A stretch of DNA of 32,000 bases from Gemmata obscuriglobus (GTDB lineage: Bacteria > Planctomycetota > Planctomycetia > Gemmatales > Gemmataceae). The stretch's first letter is position 1; each line of letters starts with the position of its first letter. The DNA lies in NCBI RefSeq assembly GCF_008065095.1, contig NZ_CP042911.1, positions 6,150,001-6,182,000 of the forward strand, written 5' to 3'. The notes below the pieces were generated by a model that did no database searches, was not told the DNA's origin, and saw only the letters and a list, made by a program, of their open reading frames with translations. The translations under genes were made by a program, and so were the position numbers. Positions 25,214-30,894 of this stretch are shown here, one piece after another.

Positions 25214-27220
25214 TCACTTCTTGGGCCGGGCGGGAACCGCCCACACCAATGCCGTTGTATCCAGGTGCCCGGAAATCAGCCTGGTGCCGTCCGGGGTGAA
25301 CCGCAGAACGTGCGTGAACCGGTTCCCTGGTCGCTCCCAACCGGTCACCGGCAGCCGGTACCCGCCGAACCACTCGGCGGTCGCCGCGTCGTAGAACTCG
25401 AGTTGATCGGCGGCGGCAACCGCCAGCGTCCGCCCGTCCGGCGACAGGGCCGCTGCGCCGTACTGAGCGATGGGCACCGTGGCGGTCACGCGCCAGATCG
25501 GCGTCGATACCACGACCGCCGCGTACTTCGCCACACCGTCCTCCATGCGGTGCGTCACCAGCGTGAACCACTTGCCGTCGTCCGAGAAGTGCCCCGACAG
25601 CAGGAGAGAATGCCCGGGCACTTTGGCGTCGGCGAGGAGGTTCTTGTCCGGGGAGCCGAGGGCCACCACGCCGCCCCGTCCGTACCCCACTTCGGCAATA
25701 AATTGCGCTCCAGGAGAGAGTTCTCCCCAGTCGCTTTGCCGCGGGTCGGTCAGGCGGGCCACGTTCACGCGCGCCGCGGTCGCGGTGTCCCACGTCGTCA
25801 AGAGGCCCGAATCATCCGCGGTTGCCCCGCGGCTCAGGCCGTGAAGCGTTTTCCCATCGGCAGACAGCCGAATTGACACCACGCCCCCTTGTCCGCCCTC
25901 CTTCAGATCGACAACGAACCGACCCGCGATCTTGCCGGCCAGCGCGTCATATCGCGTGACCTCTCCCGGCCCTGGCCCCGGCAGGTACAGATGCTTCCCG
26001 TTGGGCGCAAACACCAGATACGGAGCGCTCGACCATTGCGCGGCCGTGCGCCACACCTCTTTCCCGGTCGCAGTATCCCAGACGCACACCCGGCTATCGA
26101 GGCCGCGAGTCGCGATCAACTTGCCGTCGGGCGATACGCCGAGACCGTTCACGTAACCGTTATGACCATCGTCCTGCGTGCGGAAAAGCGGTTTCCCCGT
26201 CGCCGCGTCCCACCTCATGAGCATGTGCCCGTTGTGCGCGACCAGTACCTTGCCATCAGGAGTGAGCCGGGCCGGAACGTCTTGAAGACCGCCGCCGGAC
26301 GCAACGACGTCGAACGCGCGCACCGCTTGACCCGCAGCCGGGTCCCACCAAGTGATCCCCTTTAAATCGCCCACGAGCAGCGTTTTGCCGTCCGGCGCAT
26401 AGGCGGCCCACCGCCCACCAGGTGGCCCTTTGAAGCCGTCCCGCAACTTGCCCGTGAGCGGATCGATCGCGCGCCACTCGCTTTTGCCACCGTCCAGATA
26501 AACGCGTGCGACGAGTACCTGCCCCGCCGAATCGAGTGCGAATGTGCCCGCAAGCCAGTCGCTCAGTTGGTGATCCGCAAGCGTTCGCCCTGAGGCCGTG
26601 TCCCAAAGGACAACCTTTCTGCCGACGACGCCGGCCGCCCGCTTCCCGTCACCGGAGAAGTTGACGGCTTCGAAGTACCCATCCCCGCCGCCCAGCGCCG
26701 TCGCCTGCCCGGACTGGATGTCACACAGAAGTACGGAGGAGACGCCCGAACTTGCGGTGGTGAGGATCAGCTTCGAGCCGTCCGGGGAGAAGCGGAACAG
26801 CCGCGGGCGACCGGCCGCGAACTCGGCCAGGCACTTCGGCTTCGACTCACCATCGACCGGTGCCTCCCAGACGGACAGTTTGTCTTGAGAACAGACCGCG
26901 ACCAGCCGACCGTCGGGCGACACCTGTGGGTAGCTGGCGATCGCAACGGGTTCGGGAAGCGGCAGGAACAGCGGCTCCTCGCTGGATTCCCGGGTCGCAC
27001 GCCAGCGCCGCACCTCGGCCAGCATTCCGGCGGTAACGACAGTGCCGTCCTTCTCGATCCCGAATCCCGAGATCGGCGCCCGACCCCGGACCGTGCCGAA
27101 CCGCATCCGCGCCCCGTCCGGCAGCGGGTCACCGTACCGGTCCTTCTTCCCCGGCGGATCGGCCGCCGGTACAGCACCGCACAGCACGGCAACGCCGATG
27201 AACACACCGAATACCCGCAT
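25214..27220 (-). CDS. Secreted WD40/beta-propeller repeat protein
   Basis: From ATG 27220 there is a signal peptide MRVFGVFIGVAVLCGAVPA followed by the DRYGDPLPDGARMRFGT motif. Many blades follow (VSPDGRLVAVCSQDKLSVWE, FSPDGSKLILT, YAPDGKTLLVGDLKGITWWD, VSPDGKLIATRGLDSRVCVWD, LSPDGRTLAVAAADQLEFYD, FTPDGTRLISGHLDTTALVW). The upper part of track ORF 25214..27898 is out of frame over the hydrolase gene. Confidence 0.85.
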   Translation of the reverse strand: MRVFGVFIGVAVLCGAVPAADPPGKKDRYGDPLPDGARMRFGTVRGRAPISGFGIEKDGTVVTAGMLAEVRRWRATRESSEEPLFLPLPEPVAIASYPQVSPDGRLVAVCSQDKLSVWEAPVDGESKPKCLAEFAAGRPRLFRFSPDGSKLILTTASSGVSSVLLCDIQSGQATALGGGDGYFEAVNFSGDGKRAAGVVGRKVVLWDTASGRTLADHQLSDWLAGTFALDSAGQVLVARVYLDGGKSEWRAIDPLTGKLRDGFKGPPGGRWAAYAPDGKTLLVGDLKGITWWDPAAGQAVRAFDVVASGGGLQDVPARLTPDGKVLVAHNGHMLMRWDAATGKPLFRTQDDGHNGYVNGLGVSPDGKLIATRGLDSRVCVWDTATGKEVWRTAAQWSSAPYLVFAPNGKHLYLPGPGPGEVTRYDALAGKIAGRFVVDLKEGGQGGVVSIRLSADGKTLHGLSRGATADDSGLLTTWDTATAARVNVARLTDPRQSDWGELSPGAQFIAEVGYGRGGVVALGSPDKNLLADAKVPGHSLLLSGHFSDDGKWFTLVTHRMEDGVAKYAAVVVSTPIWRVTATVPIAQYGAAALSPDGRTLAVAAADQLEFYDAATAEWFGGYRLPVTGWERPGNRFTHVLRFTPDGTRLISGHLDTTALVWAVPARPKK

Positions 27221-27225
27221 ACTGG

Positions 27226-28011
27226 TCACCCCGAAAGGAGCCGCGCGAAGAACGCGCCCGCGGCGCCGGCGATGTCGTCCTTGTGGGCGGTGAGCCGGTG
27301 ATCGCCGTCCTTGATGAGCCGCAGTTCCACACGAGGGTACCCGACGTTGCGCGCGAAGAACAGGCTGTCCGAATCGGGGACCACGTCGTCCGCCATCCCG
27401 TGGAACAGGAGCGCCGGCGTTGCCCAGTCTTTCACCAGATCTTCGGGGCGGAAGCGGGCGCGTTCGTCCATCAGCCCGATGCCGATTTCCGTCTCCAGCC
27501 ACTGGTTCTTCACGGCCAACCGGCCGGTGCGGGCCCAGGCGATCTGCTCCTCGGGCGTCAGGCGGCTCCACCGACGCTCCAAGAATAGAAACGCCGGGGC
27601 CAGGAACACGCAGCCCACAACAGACACCGGATTTTGCTTCGCGAACCACGCCGCCGCGAACCCGCCCATGCTCGACCCGATCAGCCCCAGTTTCGTGTGC
27701 CCGCGGCCGGCGAGCCACTCGCGAACGAGTGCGAGGTCGTCGAGCAACCCGGAGCACGTCAGGTCTACGATTCGCCCCGGCGACGCGCCGTGCCCACGGA
27801 AGTCGAACGCCGCGAACGCCCACCCCCGGCGCTCGCACTCGGCGCGGACCGCCTCGGCCTTCTCGCCCCCCCGGTGGCTCCCGAACCCGTGGACCCACAG
27901 CACCGCGAAATCGGCCCGCGCCCCGGGCTGATAACTGCCGGCCAGCGCACCAGCCGGAAGCGGAACCGATACGATTGACGTGGGCACAATGCTCCTCTCA
28001 CGTTGGCGCAA
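27226..28011 (-). CDS. Alpha/beta-fold hydrolase
   Basis: It has an HGFG oxyanion-type motif (VLWVHGFGSH) and the nucleophile elbow GSSMGG. The Asp lies in FHGMADDVVP and the His in DGDHRL. The start is uncertain: the track uses TTG 28011, but GTG 27987 is preceded by GAGAGGAG and may be the real start. The stop is 5 nt from the WD40 start. Confidence 0.85.
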   Translation of the reverse strand: MRQRERSIVPTSIVSVPLPAGALAGSYQPGARADFAVLWVHGFGSHRGGEKAEAVRAECERRGWAFAAFDFRGHGASPGRIVDLTCSGLLDDLALVREWLAGRGHTKLGLIGSSMGGFAAAWFAKQNPVSVVGCVFLAPAFLFLERRWSRLTPEEQIAWARTGRLAVKNQWLETEIGIGLMDERARFRPEDLVKDWATPALLFHGMADDVVPDSDSLFFARNVGYPRVELRLIKDGDHRLTAHKDDIAGAAGAFFARLLSG

Positions 28012-28159
28012 ACTCGTCCATTCGGACCATCGGTCCCCTCGACAGTCCGCTCATTGTGCGTCACAAGTGAAGACACGACTCGCTCGACCGCTGGGACCCC
28101 TTCTCAGGGTTCATGTGGCCGAGCCGCGGCGTTCGACCGTGACGCGCACGGTTCGTTCT

Positions 28160-28291
28160 ATTCCCTTCAAGACCAGCCCACTGGGCAAGTTGGATCCGGT
28201 CCCGCCGGAGTGGAACGCGATTAGCAAGCACGAGTTCGACGTGCCGCAGGTCGGGACGGACAAAGCGAACTTCGACATCGTCAGCAAAGGC
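28160..28291 (+). pseudogene. Remnant of a DUF1559-partner lipoprotein gene (C-terminal fragment only)
   Basis: The translation IPFKTSPLGKLDPVPPEWNAISKHEFDVPQVGTDKANFDIVSKG resembles the C-terminus of the intact lipoprotein at 15059..15466 (LIPAKYNTKSDLTFDVPTSGTDKADFVLTK). FDVP..GTDKA.F is shared. Upstream in frame there is no signal peptide or plausible start. Confidence 0.35.
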
Positions 28292-28633
28292 AGGCCGGAA
28301 AGTAACTGCGGCGCGGCAGAAGCGCGGCAAGGCGGTGCCATTTTGGAGCGTCCCTTGTGCGGCGCCGGGGCGCGGGTATGATGGTGGCAGGTCGGTGCAG
28401 CCGACGACCGATTTCGACGCACGGACCGACCTTTTCTGACCGCCGCCGCGCTCGGCACTCGCCGCGCGGCCCACGACCGCCGCCTCTCACGACGACGGCC
28501 GCAGTGACAACCGCGCCGCGCGGGCCGACTGGCCACGCGACACTGCTCCGACGCACCTTCGGGCGCATCGCCGCGCCCGGCCCGACCGACGGCCCGCGAA
28601 CCGTCGACCTTTTCACCTTTTCAGGGACCTGTC

Positions 28634-28816
28634 ATGGACTTCCGACCCCTCGCCGAAGCGGAGCGCCGCCAGCTCCTCACCGCGCTCCGCGGGCACGCCG
28701 ATCGCGGCACCGCGCTGCTGATCGACCCCGAGGACACCAGCTTCGCGGGCACCGCCGACGACGTGCCGGACGAGCAGGTGATCACCGCCGTGAAGTCGGT
28801 CCCCGTGCACTACTGA
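28634..28816 (+). CDS. Small acidic hypothetical protein (60 aa), first gene of the E2/E1-like cassette
   Basis: Almost every codon in ATG 28634..TGA 28816 ends in G or C, a strong coding signature in this genome. No alternative in-frame start exists between the upstream stop at 28505 and 28634. I recognise no family. Confidence 0.55.
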   Translation: MDFRPLAEAERRQLLTALRGHADRGTALLIDPEDTSFAGTADDVPDEQVITAVKSVPVHY

Positions 28817-28825
28817 AACGTGCGG

Positions 28826-28901
28826 GTTCGGAACGCGCAACGCGGGATCAAAGACTTCGTCATTAGTTCTGTGTTTTCATTCCGAGTTCCGCGTTCCGAA
28901 C
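28826..28901. promoter_or_regulatory. 12-bp perfect inverted repeat flanking a lower-GC 52-nt segment between the small ORF and the E2-like gene
   Basis: 28826-28837 GTTCGGAACGCG pairs with 28890-28901 CGCGTTCCGAAC. Each arm contains a GTTC-N-GAAC mini-palindrome. Related TTCCGA/TTCCCGAAC copies occur at 28880-28917. Confidence 0.5.
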
Positions 28902-28917
28902 TTCGCATTCCCGAACC

Positions 28918-29343
28918 ATGGGACTTCTCGACTCCGAACCGGGCAAGCGGCGGTTGCTGGCCGTTGAACTGCCGGCCATCGAGCGCTACAACGCGGGCCG
29001 CGCCACCGAGTACCGCATCGCGGTCACGAAGGTCGGCGGCGGGCTGACGCTGTCGTACTGTCTCAAGCCGTGCCACAACCCGTACGCGCTCGAAACGCGG
29101 CTCCTGTCCAGCTACCCGATTATGGCGCCCGAAACCCGGGTGCTGACGCCGCTGAAGCACTGCCCGCACCTGCTCGAAGGGCAGACGGTTTGTCTGTGGC
29201 GCCAGGGGTCCACGCGGGCGACCAGCCGCTGGGACGCGAGCCAGTTCACGTGCGTGTTCGCGGTGGTCGCGGCGTGGCGGTGGCTGCTGTGCTACGAGCT
29301 GTGGCACGAAACCGGCGAGTGGCCTCTGCCCGAAGCGAAATGA
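28918..29343 (+). CDS. E2/UBC-like protein (prokaryotic E2 candidate), 141 aa
   Basis: The N-terminal helix RRLLAVELPAIERY resembles the UBC helix-1 pattern. YPIMAPETRVLTPLKHCPHLLEGQTVCLW aligns with the UBC core consensus YPfkPPkvkFxTkiyHPNIxxxGxICL. The candidate catalytic Cys is C92 (TGT 29191-29193). Trp-rich C-terminal helices follow. Third-position GC is high. Confidence 0.6.
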   Translation: MGLLDSEPGKRRLLAVELPAIERYNAGRATEYRIAVTKVGGGLTLSYCLKPCHNPYALETRLLSSYPIMAPETRVLTPLKHCPHLLEGQTVCLWRQGSTRATSRWDASQFTCVFAVVAAWRWLLCYELWHETGEWPLPEAK

Positions 29344-29415
29344 GCGCGTTTCGTTAAATCCGGCGCTCCGCGCGTCGTACTCACTGGTGAGTACCCGCAA
29401 CTGTAAGGAGCCGCC

Positions 29416-30030
29416 ATGCGCCGCCCGAACGTGAACCCCTTACTGGCGCTCGCCGCGTGCGCGGTGGTCGGCACCGGCGGGTGCGATCCTGCGCCGGTCG
29501 TCGATCTGCCGGCCGCCGTCGACGAGTTCGAGGCCAACCGCGCCTCCGTTCAGTACCGGATGGAGGCGGTCGACGCCCGTCTCGCGGCCTGGGATGTGCC
29601 CGACGACCGGACCGCCCAGGAGCAGTTCGCGGCGGAGTGGAAGGAGGAATGGGACGACATCGAGCGCGAGGTGAAAAAGCTGAAGAAGCAACTCACGCGA
29701 CTCAGCCGGTCGTTCGACCGGCAGTTCGCGCGCATGCAGCGCGTGGCGCGCACGATCGACTCGCCGCAGGTGCGGGCCGAGGAGCTGAGCGAGAACGCGG
29801 AACTCCAGCGTCGGTGGCTCACGACCGTCGCCGAGGCCCACACCAATTTCAAGAAGATGGACGAGCAGGTCCGCGCCGCCAGGGACTTTCACAAGACGTT
29901 CCGGCTCGCTGTGATGCGCGGACGGGCAGAGGCCAAGCTCGCCGAGGTGCGGGGCCTGAGCCAGCAGGTCAAGGGCACGGCCGCGGAACTCGAGAAGGTC
30001 ACAACCGAGGGTCGCGCCTTGATTCGTTGA
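29416..30030 (+). CDS. Coiled-coil lipoprotein (hypothetical)
   Basis: AAGGAG lies 5 nt before the ATG at 29416. The signal and lipobox are MRRPNVNPLLALAACAVVGTGGC. The remainder is charged and heptad-like (EWKEEWDDIEREVKKLKKQLTRLSRSFDRQFARMQ...). Confidence 0.65.
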   Translation: MRRPNVNPLLALAACAVVGTGGCDPAPVVDLPAAVDEFEANRASVQYRMEAVDARLAAWDVPDDRTAQEQFAAEWKEEWDDIEREVKKLKKQLTRLSRSFDRQFARMQRVARTIDSPQVRAEELSENAELQRRWLTTVAEAHTNFKKMDEQVRAARDFHKTFRLAVMRGRAEAKLAEVRGLSQQVKGTAAELEKVTTEGRALIR

Positions 30031-30044
30031 GGCCGAAGGGAAGC

Positions 30045-30860
30045 ATGAGTCACGTTTTTCAGTTGGGCGCCGGCAGCGGCGGGATGGCGGTGCTCGACCT
30101 GATCGCGCGCGATCCCGCGGTCACCCGGGTCACGCTCATCGAACCGGACGTGTACGCCGCGCACAACGTCCACCGGCACCTCTTCCCCCCCGCCGCAGTC
30201 GGCCGGCTGAAGGCCGATCTGGCAACCGAGTGGCTGCGGGCGCTACGCCCCGACCTCCAGGTCACGGCGCTCGCTTCCGATATCACCGATCCGACGCGCC
30301 AAGCCGAGTTCGCCGCTCTTGCCGCCGAGTGCGACGTGGGCGTGTGCGCGGCCGACAACGAGGCCGCAAAGTTCGCGTTCGACGCGCTGATGCGGACCAC
30401 GGGAAAGCCGTGGACCCTCGGCGAGGTGCTGAGCGGGGGCATCGGCGGGTGGGTCCACCGGTTCGTGCCCAGCGGGGCGTGTTACGGGTGCGTCGCAAGC
30501 CATTTAAAGCGCGAGGTGACCGAGCAACCGGCCGGCCCGCCGCCCGACTACAGCAACCCGAACGGCACACAACCGGAAACGACGATCCCCGCCGGCAAAG
30601 CGAGCATCGCGACCGTCGCCGGTCTACACGCCCTCGTAACGCTGGGGGAAATCGCCTCGCGCCCGGCGATCGACTTCACCAGCATGTTGTTCTCGCTCCA
30701 GACGGTCACTGGAGTATTTGACGCGCCGTTCCGCGCGCACCGAATGAAGGTCCCGCGCTCGCCCACCTGCCTCACCTGCGGCAACGCCAAACCGCTCCCC
30801 GCCGGAGACGCACTTGACGCCGCACTGGCTGACGCGCTGGGCCGTCTGGGCGCGAACTAA
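30045..30860 (+). CDS. ThiF/MoeB/E1-like adenylyltransferase (271 aa)
   Basis: From ATG 30045 the product reads MSHVFQLGAGSGGMAVLDL (nucleotide-binding Gly loop). ThiF-type matches are IEPDVYAAHNVHRHLF (D..sNl.Rq equivalent), GRLKADL and CAADNEAAKF (catalytic Asp region). Two zinc CxxC pairs lie at C146/C149 and C242/C245. The remainder of track ORF 29457..30860 is out of frame over the lipoprotein gene. Confidence 0.85.
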   Translation: MSHVFQLGAGSGGMAVLDLIARDPAVTRVTLIEPDVYAAHNVHRHLFPPAAVGRLKADLATEWLRALRPDLQVTALASDITDPTRQAEFAALAAECDVGVCAADNEAAKFAFDALMRTTGKPWTLGEVLSGGIGGWVHRFVPSGACYGCVASHLKREVTEQPAGPPPDYSNPNGTQPETTIPAGKASIATVAGLHALVTLGEIASRPAIDFTSMLFSLQTVTGVFDAPFRAHRMKVPRSPTCLTCGNAKPLPAGDALDAALADALGRLGAN

Positions 30861-30894
30861 GCTGCTCCGCGGTGGGCGCCCGCTCCTGACGGGC

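Noticed and set aside
27221-27898. 226-codon extension upstream of the second WD40 gene
   Set aside because: It overlaps the alpha/beta hydrolase gene out of frame. The signal peptide and WD40 family motif start at ATG 27220.
28061-28616. Several 110-170-aa ORFs on both strands between the hydrolase gene and the cassette (for example 28111..28536 -, 28357..28866 +)
   Set aside because: Their translations are Arg/Ala/Pro-rich with no motifs or clear codon bias. The only interpretable signal in the region is the lipoprotein remnant.
28634-28816. Idea that the 60-aa protein is a ubiquitin-like (beta-grasp) modifier
   Set aside because: I have no sequence evidence for it. There is no C-terminal Gly or Gly-Gly, the protein is shorter than typical Ubls, and I see no beta-grasp pattern. 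I keep it only as an unclassified small protein that might be a substrate.
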